Positions 28,197-37,800 of a stretch of 56,212 nucleotides of DNA are shown here, piece after piece. The translations under genes and the position numbers were made by a program. Under the pieces are notes generated by a model. That model saw only the letters and a program-made list of their open reading frames with translations. It did not search any database and was not told the origin of the DNA. Within the stretch, counting starts at the first letter, position 1. Each line of letters starts with the position of its first letter. Origin of the DNA: a virus (lineage: Duplodnaviria; Caudoviricetes). The DNA lies in the IMG/VR virus record IMGVR_UViG_3300005805_000109, positions 1 through 56,212 of that record. One strand, 5' to 3'.

Positions 28197-28928
28197 ATGA
28201 ACGTCGAAGAACATCAAACACTCGATTTTGAAAATACGGAAATTTCAGGTTTAGATACAAATGGTATAAAAAAGGGAAGGAAACAAATTAAAAACAAAAT
28301 CCAATTTAACATTTCGTTGAATGGAGAACAAAAAGAAGTAAAGGCAAGCATTTTACAAGATACCGTCTCTGTTTTAACGGGCAAAGCTGGCTCAGGTAAA
28401 ACACTTCTTGCAACACAAATATCCCTTGAATATCTTTTTTATCGTGAAGTGGAGAGAATTATCATTACGAGACCAACTGTTTCTGATGAAGACATCGGAT
28501 TCTTACCGGGTGACATCAAAGAGAAAATGGATCCGTGGGTTTCACCAATTTATGCAAATATGTATGCACTTTCAGGAAAACCAAAGATTGATAAGATGGT
28601 TGGAGAAAATGTAATCGAGATTGCACCGATTTCATTTATGCGTGGTAGAACATTCGTAAATTCTTGCGTTATCGTGGATGAAGCACAGAACATCACACGA
28701 TCACAAATGGAAATGATTTTAACTCGTTTAGGTGTGAATTCGAAGATGATGATATGTGGAGATGCCTCACAGTCAGACCTAAAGAACAAAAAGAATTCAG
28801 GTTTTCCCTATTTATTAGAAATGTCCAATACCATCAAGGGACTGAATATCTACGAATTAAAGACGAATCATCGTCATCCAATCGTAGATGACATTTTAGA
28901 TTACTTCAATGAACTAGACAAAAAATGA
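28197..28928 (+). CDS. phoH: PhoH-family ATPase
   Basis: GKAGSGKT, IITRP, GFLPG, MRGRTF, DEAQN, GD..QSD and RHP motifs. Confidence 0.95.
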   Translation: MNVEEHQTLDFENTEISGLDTNGIKKGRKQIKNKIQFNISLNGEQKEVKASILQDTVSVLTGKAGSGKTLLATQISLEYLFYREVERIIITRPTVSDEDIGFLPGDIKEKMDPWVSPIYANMYALSGKPKIDKMVGENVIEIAPISFMRGRTFVNSCVIVDEAQNITRSQMEMILTRLGVNSKMMICGDASQSDLKNKKNSGFPYLLEMSNTIKGLNIYELKTNHRHPIVDDILDYFNELDKK

Positions 28929-28938
28929 GAGAATATAA

Positions 28939-30075
28939 ATGGTAGAAATTCCGATATGGCAAGGATCATCCAGCTTTGCAACTGGAAGCACCCCATTTGG
29001 GTTTTTTGATAATGATCCCCAGTTTCAAGTTGATGCCGATAATGTGGCAGATTGGTGTGCAAAACGTCTCGGTTATCCACTTGTAGACATAGAATTACAA
29101 GCTGGTAACTTTTATGCTTGTTTTGAAGAAGCTATATCTGAGTATTCCAACCACGTAAATCAATTTAATATTCAACAGAACATGTTGAGTATTCTTGGTA
29201 CTCCTGTCAATAACAATTTGACACACCAAAATGTATCAACAAATATGGGTGGTTTAATTCAGTTGGCAACAGAATATGGTACTGAAACATTTACAAATGG
29301 TAATGTAAATTTTTATTCTGCATCAATCGATCTTAAAACTGGTGTTCAAAAATATAACTTGGACACACTTATTAGAGATGTTTATAAACCAACCGGTTCT
29401 ATCGAAATTAAGAGAGTGCATCACTACGCTCCACCGGCATCTATTCGTTTCTATGACCCTTACTTGGGTAATCAGGCGATGTTAGACACATTCGGATTCG
29501 GTGCTTACTCAACAGGTGTTTCCTTTATGTTGATGCCTATGTATGCCGACCTTCTTCGTGTTCAGGCAATCGAATTTAATGATATGATGAGAAAGTCATC
29601 ATATTCATTTGAGCTTATTAATAACGAACTTAGAATATTCCCACTTCCAGTGAAGGATTTTAAACTTTGGATTGAATATATTGTAAAGGAAGAACGATCA
29701 AATCCTCTAAAATATTACAATCCAAGTGGTTCTGTTACAGATATGTCAAACGCTCCATATCAGAGAATGGAATATGGAAAGATAAATTCAGTAGGTCGTC
29801 AGTGGATTTATCGATACACTCTTGCACTTGTAAAAGAAAACTTGGGATATATTCGTGGTAAATACGGTAGTATTCCAATTCCAAATGGAGAAACAACCCT
29901 AAATGCTGCCGATCTATTATCGGCAGCAGGGACAGAAAAACAAGGTCTTATTGAAGAATTAAGAACAATGCTAGATACGATGACTCGTTCAAAACTGTTA
30001 GAGGCAAAGCGTCTTGAAACAGAATCATTGAATGTTGCTCTTAACAGCACTCCACTTAAAATCTACATAGGATAA
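28939..30075 (+). CDS. Neck/head-tail adaptor protein (gp13-like)
   Basis: RLGYPLVDIEL...W..RYTLALVKE.LG.IRGKY.SIP.PNG..TLN; position before the tail genes. Confidence 0.8.
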   Translation: MVEIPIWQGSSSFATGSTPFGFFDNDPQFQVDADNVADWCAKRLGYPLVDIELQAGNFYACFEEAISEYSNHVNQFNIQQNMLSILGTPVNNNLTHQNVSTNMGGLIQLATEYGTETFTNGNVNFYSASIDLKTGVQKYNLDTLIRDVYKPTGSIEIKRVHHYAPPASIRFYDPYLGNQAMLDTFGFGAYSTGVSFMLMPMYADLLRVQAIEFNDMMRKSSYSFELINNELRIFPLPVKDFKLWIEYIVKEERSNPLKYYNPSGSVTDMSNAPYQRMEYGKINSVGRQWIYRYTLALVKENLGYIRGKYGSIPIPNGETTLNAADLLSAAGTEKQGLIEELRTMLDTMTRSKLLEAKRLETESLNVALNSTPLKIYIG

Positions 30076-30079
30076 ATCG

Positions 30080-30607
30080 ATGCCATTATTTCACGGACAA
30101 CGAGATGCTTCATTGGTTCACAAAATTAACACGGAACTTATACAAGATATTATTGATACTGAAGTTGGTCTTTATAAACTATCGTTAGATAATACAAAGA
30201 CAAATCTTTATGACGAATCTGATAAAAAAGTTTATCTTTTACCAATTAAGATACCAGCGTTAATTAATCGAGAACCACAAACATTTGAAGGAACAGAATT
30301 CGGTCAGGATTATACACAAAACTGTTCGTTTGGTTTTATTCGAGAAATGTTAAAAGAAGTTGAAACTTACGTTGAAGTTGGTGATGTTATCGAATACAAT
30401 GGTGAATATTGGGAAGTTGATGCAATTGAAGAGAATCAATACTTCGGTGGTAAGAATCCCGATTATTCGTTTGCAACAGAACGTTGGGGGCACAATGTTT
30501 CTATCATAGCCAATACACACTTGACAAGACGTTCACGTATTCACGTTGAGGAAGTACGTTCTGCTCCAAGAATTAATGAAAATAACGATTTACCGGATAA
30601 TATCTAA
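30080..30607 (+). CDS. Neck/head-closure protein (gp14-like)
   Basis: NLYDES..K and EVGDVIEYNGEYWEV; follows the gp13-like gene. Confidence 0.65.
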   Translation: MPLFHGQRDASLVHKINTELIQDIIDTEVGLYKLSLDNTKTNLYDESDKKVYLLPIKIPALINREPQTFEGTEFGQDYTQNCSFGFIREMLKEVETYVEVGDVIEYNGEYWEVDAIEENQYFGGKNPDYSFATERWGHNVSIIANTHLTRRSRIHVEEVRSAPRINENNDLPDNI

Positions 30608-31608
30608 TGCCAACAAACTCATCTCCATATAGAAAACCACCAATAAAACGAACAAGAGATTCATTTATTGATGACCGTAATTCTCAACAAAATCCAAGAA
30701 TCGATCTTGGTAAAGGCAGAGAAACACAAATACGTCGTGATAAAGACCGTGTAAAAAGTTTGGGTATAACGCTTTATGATGTAGATTTTGCGGTAAAGTC
30801 ATTTATCGACCAAACAATGCAACTAAAAGTAGAAGATAACGGAGATTTTATACCTGTTCCTACATTATATGCGAATTCTGAAAAATGGACTTCTATTCAA
30901 CGAAACGGGTATCTTAAAGATAAGAAAGGAAAGACACTTGTTCCACTTATCACATTCAGACGTTCTGGTGTACAAATGAATCAGCAATTACGTCGTAATA
31001 AGGTTGCAACAACAAATCAACTTGCATATGTTATGCAATCAAAGTATAATCGACTTTCTCCATATGATAAGTTTTCTTCTCTATATGGGACAAAAATACC
31101 AAAAGAATACTTTATAACACCAATTCCAGATTATGTTGATGTCACTTATGATTTTATCTTGTGGACGGAATATCAAAGTCAATTAAACTTATTAATTGAA
31201 AATTTTGTATATTTTCAAGGTAAATCGTTCGGTGAGAAAAATTCATTTCGATTTGCATCGTTTCTTGATTCATTAACAATGGAAGATTCAAATACGACTG
31301 GACAAGATAGATTGGTAAGAGCAAATTTTCAGTTAGTTATTCACGCTTATCTTTTACCAAGAGATATTGCGAGAGAAACAACAACTAAGAGAGTAATTGC
31401 TCCGAATAAAGTCACATTTGTTTCCGAGGCATTCAAAGACATAAACACTGCTATATCAGAGAATCAAAAGATATATGCAGACGATCCGTTTAGAAATCTT
31501 AACAAGAATGACCGAGATGTTTCAGATGATTTAAGACGAAGATTGGAAGGATTTAATGAAGTCAGTCAGGGTGGAAGTGCTGGTGTATTTCCAAATGAAA
31601 TTGACTAA
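30607..31608 (+). CDS. Tail terminator/sheath stabiliser (gp15-like)
   Basis: VPTLYANSEKW, PLITFRR and P.YVDVTYDF..WT motifs; position before the sheath. Confidence 0.65.
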   Translation: MPTNSSPYRKPPIKRTRDSFIDDRNSQQNPRIDLGKGRETQIRRDKDRVKSLGITLYDVDFAVKSFIDQTMQLKVEDNGDFIPVPTLYANSEKWTSIQRNGYLKDKKGKTLVPLITFRRSGVQMNQQLRRNKVATTNQLAYVMQSKYNRLSPYDKFSSLYGTKIPKEYFITPIPDYVDVTYDFILWTEYQSQLNLLIENFVYFQGKSFGEKNSFRFASFLDSLTMEDSNTTGQDRLVRANFQLVIHAYLLPRDIARETTTKRVIAPNKVTFVSEAFKDINTAISENQKIYADDPFRNLNKNDRDVSDDLRRRLEGFNEVSQGGSAGVFPNEID

Positions 31609-31647
31609 TAATTGTGTATAGTTTTATTATTTAATGTTGAGGTTTTT

Positions 31648-31932
31648 ATGGCTGAAGAAATTGGAAAAGAATTCGAGCAAACTGATATTGAATCGGTAAA
31701 AGAATTGCAAGGAAGTTACGCAACGACTACCGCTCAAATTGGTCAAATCGAAGTAGAGTTACATCTTCTACAACGTAGATTGGAACAAGTACAAGAAATG
31801 AGAGAATCTGCATTCAAGGAATATGATAGATTGCAAGAATTAGAACGAGAATTGGTCGTAAGATTGAATGAAAAGTATGGTGACGGTGTGCTTGATTTAG
31901 AATCTGGTAGATTTATTTCATCTGGACAGTAA
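31648..31932 (+). CDS. Small coiled-coil protein
   Basis: ATG 31648 follows GAGG; ends LNEKYGDGVLDLESGRF. Confidence 0.7.
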   Translation: MAEEIGKEFEQTDIESVKELQGSYATTTAQIGQIEVELHLLQRRLEQVQEMRESAFKEYDRLQELERELVVRLNEKYGDGVLDLESGRFISSGQ

Positions 31933-31994
31933 TTTCGATTTTTTCTCTCATATTTATATGGGAGACGATTATATCATTTTTTTGGAGATAAATA

Positions 31995-34436
31995 GTGGCT
32001 AATGAAAGAATTGTAAGTCCTGGCGTGTTTACGGTCGAAAAGGATCTTTCGTTTTTACCACAGGGTATTGGAGCAATCGGTGCAGCTCTTATCGGTCCAA
32101 CATTGAAAGGACCTGCATTCGTTCCAACCTTGGTAGAAGGATACAACGACTTCGTAACAAAATTTGGCGGTGGATATGAACAATCATATCTTCCATACAC
32201 AGCTAAGAGCTATCTGACGAATGCCGGTAGTGCAACTATCGTTCGTGTTCTTGGTTCAGGTGGTTATAAAGTAACAAATCCTCTTGCAATTGTTGCAACA
32301 GGTTCTTATGGTAAGAGATTGATTTCTGTACTTCACCCAACATTCGTTGTAACAAGTACAGATACAACATCACTTTTTGCTAAGTCAACATTAGCATCAA
32401 ATGCTAGTGGTTCATTTGTTCTTACCGTATCTGGTGGATTCACAACAGATACATCAACATTTACAAATGCTACAAGTGAAAATGGTACACCATTCAGTGC
32501 ATCGATTAATCCAAATGGTTCATCATATCTTGGTGATCTTTATGGATATACTGCATATGGTACACATGCCGTTTACAACTATGTTGCATTTGCAAAAGCA
32601 GCGTCGGCATCACTTGCCGCTGATCCAACAACAACAATTTTGATTGAAACAGGTTCAACTGCAACACCAGAGTGGAATTTCACAAACGATTATCTTGAAG
32701 CGTTCACACCGTATATCACATCACAGAAAATTGGTGCAACTGCAAATGATCTTTTCCGTTTTGCAACAATTTCACACGGTGTTCATTCAAACTACGAAGT
32801 AAAGGTTGGTATTGCAAACATCAAACCAGCTGGTACAATCGCTGGTTCAACATATGGTGAATTTGACGTTATCGTTCGATATGTTGACCAATCAGAAGTA
32901 AAGGGAACACCTTTTACATATGAAGATGAAGATCTTCGTCCAAACGTTGTTGAATCATTCCGTTGTAACCTTGACCCGAACTCACCACGTTACATTGCCC
33001 GTGTTATTGGTGATAGATATGTAACGATTACAAGTGAAGGTAAGGTCGTTGTTAACGGCGATTATTCCAACAAATCAAAGTATATTCGTGTAGAAGTAAC
33101 AGATGCTGTTAAGAATGGTAGCATTTCATCGAATCTTGTACCATTCGGATTCCGTGCTCTCAAGACACCAATCCCATCGGCATTCTCACAACCAACATCG
33201 GCATCGTATGTAACAGACCAAACATCGGGTGGTGCATATAATCGTCGTGTATATTACGGATTTAACTACGACTTTGCGAACACAGATAACTTTAACTATC
33301 TCCGCCCGCTTCCAGTCGCAGCAAATCAAACAACTGGATCAAATGCTGATTTTTATCTAGGAAACTACAACCAGAATGCTGGTGCTAATTATCCAACAGC
33401 CGCAACAGCTTATTCTGGTTCAGTAACTCTTACAACGAATACATCACTTGATACTCGTAAGTTTATGATCCCATTCCAAGGCGGATTCGATGGACATAAG
33501 CCACATCTTCAAAAGAAGACGGGTACTTTCATTGAAGCTGGTAACACACAGGGATTTGACATCTCAACAACAGCTGCTTCTGGTTATACATCATACAAGA
33601 AGGCACTTGATACGATTTCAAACTCGGATGAATTTGACATCAATATGTTGGTAACACCGGGTGTTATTCACTCACTTCACTCACCAATCACAACATACGC
33701 AAAAGATATGTGTGAAGACCGTGGCGATGCTTTCTATGTGATGGACGCGAACGGTATCGATGATAATATTGCAACCGTAATTTCAACAGTTGAAGGATTT
33801 GATTCGAATTACACTGCAACATACTATCCTTGGGTTAAAGTCATCGATTTTGAACGTAATAAGCCAGTTTGGGTTCCACCTTCGGTTGTTCTTCCTGGTG
33901 TACTTGCATTCAACGACCGTGTTGCTGCTGAATGGTTTGCTCCTGCTGGCTTGAATCGCGGCGGCCTTACAGAAGTTGTTGAAGTTAAGACACGTCTAAC
34001 ACAGACAGAACGTGATGACCTCTATGAATCACGTATCAACCCAATCGCAGTATTCCCATCAACAGGAGTATGTGTATGGGGTCAGAAGACACTTCAAGGT
34101 AAGCCATCGGCTCTTGACCGTATCAATGTTCGTCGTCTCTTGATTGCAGCTAAGAAGTTCATCGCATCTGCTACACGTTACCTTGTGTTCGAACAAAATA
34201 CAACGGCAACACGTACAAGATTCTTGAATATCGTTACTCCATATCTTGAGTCGATTCAACAGCGTCAAGGTTTGTACGCATTCCGTGTTATCATGGATGA
34301 GTCGAACAACACACCTGACATCATCGACCGTAATATTCTTTATGGTCAGTTATATCTACAACCTGCTAGAACTGCTGAATTCATCATTCTTGACTTCAAC
34401 ATTCAATCAACAGGTGCGGCATTCCCGGGTGCCTAA
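31995..34436 (+). CDS. gp18: Contractile tail sheath protein
   Basis: SPGVF..EKD, YYPWV, WFAPAGLNRG, WGQKTL, RINVRRL, FEQN and P.RTAEFI motifs. Confidence 0.96.
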   Translation: MANERIVSPGVFTVEKDLSFLPQGIGAIGAALIGPTLKGPAFVPTLVEGYNDFVTKFGGGYEQSYLPYTAKSYLTNAGSATIVRVLGSGGYKVTNPLAIVATGSYGKRLISVLHPTFVVTSTDTTSLFAKSTLASNASGSFVLTVSGGFTTDTSTFTNATSENGTPFSASINPNGSSYLGDLYGYTAYGTHAVYNYVAFAKAASASLAADPTTTILIETGSTATPEWNFTNDYLEAFTPYITSQKIGATANDLFRFATISHGVHSNYEVKVGIANIKPAGTIAGSTYGEFDVIVRYVDQSEVKGTPFTYEDEDLRPNVVESFRCNLDPNSPRYIARVIGDRYVTITSEGKVVVNGDYSNKSKYIRVEVTDAVKNGSISSNLVPFGFRALKTPIPSAFSQPTSASYVTDQTSGGAYNRRVYYGFNYDFANTDNFNYLRPLPVAANQTTGSNADFYLGNYNQNAGANYPTAATAYSGSVTLTTNTSLDTRKFMIPFQGGFDGHKPHLQKKTGTFIEAGNTQGFDISTTAASGYTSYKKALDTISNSDEFDINMLVTPGVIHSLHSPITTYAKDMCEDRGDAFYVMDANGIDDNIATVISTVEGFDSNYTATYYPWVKVIDFERNKPVWVPPSVVLPGVLAFNDRVAAEWFAPAGLNRGGLTEVVEVKTRLTQTERDDLYESRINPIAVFPSTGVCVWGQKTLQGKPSALDRINVRRLLIAAKKFIASATRYLVFEQNTTATRTRFLNIVTPYLESIQQRQGLYAFRVIMDESNNTPDIIDRNILYGQLYLQPARTAEFIILDFNIQSTGAAFPGA

Positions 34437-34457
34437 CATAACGTCTGGCTAATATAG

Positions 34458-34492
34458 AAACACTCCTCGACTTGTTCGGGGAGTGTTTTTTA
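34458..34492 (+). terminator. Rho-independent terminator after the sheath gene (possibly bidirectional)
   Basis: AAACACTCCTCGA-CTTGT-TCGGGGAGTGTTT with a T tract, between convergent genes. Confidence 0.85.
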
Positions 34493-34526
34493 TTATATGT
34501 ATGACATCAACAATATAAGTTATCAC

Positions 34527-36134
34527 TTATACCGTTGTCCATATCCACTTAGAACTACCGCAATCCCATATACGGTCATATCCATTGAGTTGCATATTCT
34601 CCCATTCGGTGAGAGATGAATCAAATGTTTCCAGTAGAGATGACAACTTATGTTTTTGAAATTTGTTTCTGGATCCGAATACGGTTTTGTGGTCATTAAT
34701 CTTGAAGTAGTGATAATTCGGTGGTGTAACTCCTACAAATTTAAACCCGATTTTACCATACACACTACCATCAAAATATCTCCTATCCGAGAATGTAAGT
34801 ATGCTTGATGGTTTATACATGGATACAAAGTATGAAAACATTTTATCAAGACCTCCTCTAACGTGTGTGTGGATCTTACTACAAAACCTATACATTTCCC
34901 ATTCTGTTTCCTTACTAAACCTGTTTTTTCCAAATGTCAATACGGAAACAATCTCATCGTTATGATATAATCCGATCCTGACGGATGATTTATCTTCCCC
35001 CTGTATGTGGTTTTTGATAAGGAATTCATTTGATTCTCGCGGCGAAATCTCACGAACAATGCAGTTTCTACCGTGTAATCCGTTTGACTTTGATGCTTTG
35101 ATTTTGTTTAATAGTATTGATTGCACTATATCCCGTTTGTTTATCCATTCTATGTCTAATACGTGCAATAATGTTATCCCGTGTGTTGCACACCGTTGGG
35201 TTTTATTGAGGTGATAATTTCTCTTTTTTCCACCACAAATTTCCCCATGATAATAGAGACCATTTAACTCTATGCCAAGATTTTCCGTCGGTAAATAAAC
35301 ATCTATTTCTTTACCATTTAATACGGATTTGTCTCCATGTATAATTTCACCAGTATATACTGTTTTTAACCAATCTATTATTTCATACTCACATTTAGAT
35401 TTAGTGTGTATTATTGGGTTACACACCCTACATATTGGAATATTTCCATCGTCTAATCTAGCGTTAAATTCATTATTACATGTATTACATCTAAACGGAT
35501 AACCAGACGAACCGTGTACTCCGTTATATGTATCAAAATCAAATAATGGCGTAACTGCGGTTATCTTAGAGATAACTTTTGAAAACGCAGATTTCCTATT
35601 TTTCAAAATCATCATCGGGTGTTCAACGCCATACTTTTCTTTCAGTTTTTTCTTGAACAGGGGCGATTGTGAAAACGATTCTACACCATACTTGTCTTTC
35701 ATCGTCTGTTTCGTCTTTTCTTTGTTGTTGTACTTGGAATCGCCGTATCGTTCAATGAGTGTTTTTTGTGCCTTTTCTTTATTTGTAAAATGTGGCACGC
35801 CATATTTGGTTATCATCGTTTTCTGACGATTTTTCGCGAATCCTTCTATCTGCGAATTATGTTCAACGCCATATTTTTCCATCAAACTAGATTTGGTCAA
35901 CTCTCGTTTTCTTTGCAAAACTTGTTCTGTTTTTTGATATTTATTTGCACATGAAACACTACATACAATCCTATTTTTCCGTTTGTCAGATGTGAAGTAT
36001 TTATCACACATTGGACACAACTTTTCAACTGTGTTTATTTTCTTCGTGTATGAGTCGTTGCATTTTCTGGAACAAAGTTGTTTTGAAATGTATGATGATT
36101 TTGTAAATGGTGTATCGCATTGTATACAATTCAT
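34527..36134 (-). CDS. Free-standing Hef-like homing endonuclease with GNAT-like C-domain, inverted between sheath and tube
   Basis: CxxC fingers, five (K/R)YG repeats, EIDV...IELNGLYYHG, NHIQG...WEMYRFC...FSDRR. Likely start ATG at 36134 after ACAGGA. Confidence 0.8.
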   Translation of the reverse strand: MNCIQCDTPFTKSSYISKQLCSRKCNDSYTKKINTVEKLCPMCDKYFTSDKRKNRIVCSVSCANKYQKTEQVLQRKRELTKSSLMEKYGVEHNSQIEGFAKNRQKTMITKYGVPHFTNKEKAQKTLIERYGDSKYNNKEKTKQTMKDKYGVESFSQSPLFKKKLKEKYGVEHPMMILKNRKSAFSKVISKITAVTPLFDFDTYNGVHGSSGYPFRCNTCNNEFNARLDDGNIPICRVCNPIIHTKSKCEYEIIDWLKTVYTGEIIHGDKSVLNGKEIDVYLPTENLGIELNGLYYHGEICGGKKRNYHLNKTQRCATHGITLLHVLDIEWINKRDIVQSILLNKIKASKSNGLHGRNCIVREISPRESNEFLIKNHIQGEDKSSVRIGLYHNDEIVSVLTFGKNRFSKETEWEMYRFCSKIHTHVRGGLDKMFSYFVSMYKPSSILTFSDRRYFDGSVYGKIGFKFVGVTPPNYHYFKINDHKTVFGSRNKFQKHKLSSLLETFDSSLTEWENMQLNGYDRIWDCGSSKWIWTTV

Positions 36135-36265
36135 AAATATTCCTGTATTTGGTTCATATGGTATAAATATACACAAAAAAAATTTAACTACTATGGTTGA
36201 ATTTTAAATAAAGACCTATTTATTGATATAAAACTTATTTAGTACATGAACCATTGGAGAAATAA

Positions 36266-36754
36266 ATGGCTGAACTACTCGACCCCACCGAAATTTTCTT
36301 TACCCCATATGAACCGAAACTTGCTAATCGGTTTATTATGTATATCGAAGGTGTTCCTGCTTACCTTATCAAAGGTGCATCACGTCCGAACGTTACCTTT
36401 AACGCTATCACTCTTGAGCACATCAATGTAAAGAGAATGATTAAGGGTAAAGCTAAGTGGGAACCAGTAACAATTAAGCTGTATGACCCAATCGTACCGT
36501 CGGCTGCACAGGCAGTCATGGAATGGGTTCGTTTATCACACGAATCTGTTACAGGTCGTGATGGTTATTCGGACTTCTACAAGAAGGACATCACATTCAA
36601 CACTCTTGGACCTGTTGGTGACAAGATCGAAGAATGGACTCTGAAGGGTGCATTTATTCAGGCAACTTCTATGGGCGAAATGGATTGGGGTATTGATGAC
36701 CCTGTTGAAATCCAACTTACCCTCGAATACGATTATGCCGTGCTTCAATACTAG
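36266..36754 (+). CDS. gp19: Tail tube protein (gp19-like)
   Basis: EPK..NRF, W..VTIKLYD and W.LKGAF...G.MDW...L.YDY motifs; GGAG SD. Confidence 0.92.
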   Translation: MAELLDPTEIFFTPYEPKLANRFIMYIEGVPAYLIKGASRPNVTFNAITLEHINVKRMIKGKAKWEPVTIKLYDPIVPSAAQAVMEWVRLSHESVTGRDGYSDFYKKDITFNTLGPVGDKIEEWTLKGAFIQATSMGEMDWGIDDPVEIQLTLEYDYAVLQY

Positions 36755-36801
36755 GATTTTACAATTGGATTGAAAAATATCCAAATCATTTTGAAGTTTC
36801 A

Positions 36802-36853
36802 GAAAAATTCCCTATATTTATTAGTATAGATACTAACAATATAGGGATTTTTC
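36802..36853 (+). promoter_or_regulatory. Long RBS-occluding hairpin containing the TATTTAT motif
   Basis: Outer arms GAAAAATTCCCTATATT and AATATAGGGATTTTTC; inner arms TTAGTAT and ATACTAA; ATG at 36857. Confidence 0.75.
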
Positions 36854-36856
36854 ATT

Positions 36857-37747
36857 ATGCAAACATTCAAATGCCATTTATGCGAGAAGGAATACGATAA
36901 TTACACAAGTATTTCTCTTCATTATCGGAAATCACACAAAATCTGCGGTAAAGACGTTCGAAAAATAATTTACAATAATGGGGAAGACCCATTATGTAAA
37001 TGCGGTTGTGGTGAAGTGGTTGAGTGGAATTACAAAGAAGAACGATTCAATGATTTCAGACACGGACATTATGTTAGAACAAATGGTGGGTTTTATTCGC
37101 CAGAAGGTGCAAAGAAATCCGGAGAAACTCGAAAAAAGAGATTTGAATCGGGTGAGTTGGTTGTATACAATAAAGGTAAAACAATGGAAGAATTATTTGG
37201 AAAGGATAGATCTCAACAAATGAAAAGAGATATATCTGATAACAAGGAACGTTCTAAGAAAATATCAAATAGTTTGACCGGTAAGAAAAAATCAGAAGAA
37301 CATGTTAAAAAAATAACAGAAGATCGTCGTAAATACTGGTCAAATGAAGAACATAAGATGCAACAGCGAGATAGGCGCATGCAATATATTATAAAAAACG
37401 GATTTCAAGTTAGATCAAAACTTGAAGAAATATTCATGGAAATCATGGATTCTGCTGGTATAGATTACTATGATCAATTTTATGTTGCAGAAATACCCGC
37501 ATTGTATGACTTCAAAATAAAAGGGAAGAATATTTTAATAGAAGTTGATGGAGATTTTTGGCACTGTAAGCCAGGAACACAATTTGAAGTCCCAAAATAT
37601 GATGCTCAAAAGTCAAATTTAATAACTGACCAAATCAAAAACGAATGGGCAAAAGCCAACGGTTACACCCTTCTCCGTTTTTGGGAATCGGATATTCAAA
37701 ACAATCGTCTACAAGTAGTAAAAATTCTTATAGAAAATTTAATTTAA
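36857..37747 (+). CDS. Homing-type endonuclease: Zn finger, NUMOD3-like segment, Vsr/DUF559 domain
   Basis: CKCGCG, GKKKSEEHVKKI, YDF...ILIEVDGDFWH...D..KN..A...GYTLLRFWESDI. Confidence 0.85.
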   Translation: MQTFKCHLCEKEYDNYTSISLHYRKSHKICGKDVRKIIYNNGEDPLCKCGCGEVVEWNYKEERFNDFRHGHYVRTNGGFYSPEGAKKSGETRKKRFESGELVVYNKGKTMEELFGKDRSQQMKRDISDNKERSKKISNSLTGKKKSEEHVKKITEDRRKYWSNEEHKMQQRDRRMQYIIKNGFQVRSKLEEIFMEIMDSAGIDYYDQFYVAEIPALYDFKIKGKNILIEVDGDFWHCKPGTQFEVPKYDAQKSNLITDQIKNEWAKANGYTLLRFWESDIQNNRLQVVKILIENLI

Positions 37748-37800
37748 CCCATATTTATTTATACGAACAATAATGTTTCATTTAGTTACAGGATTTAGTT

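Noticed and set aside
36135-36176. ORF-track TTG start of the minus-strand endonuclease
   Set aside because: This segment contains the promoter-like motif and an AGGA SD, so ATG 36134 is the more plausible start.
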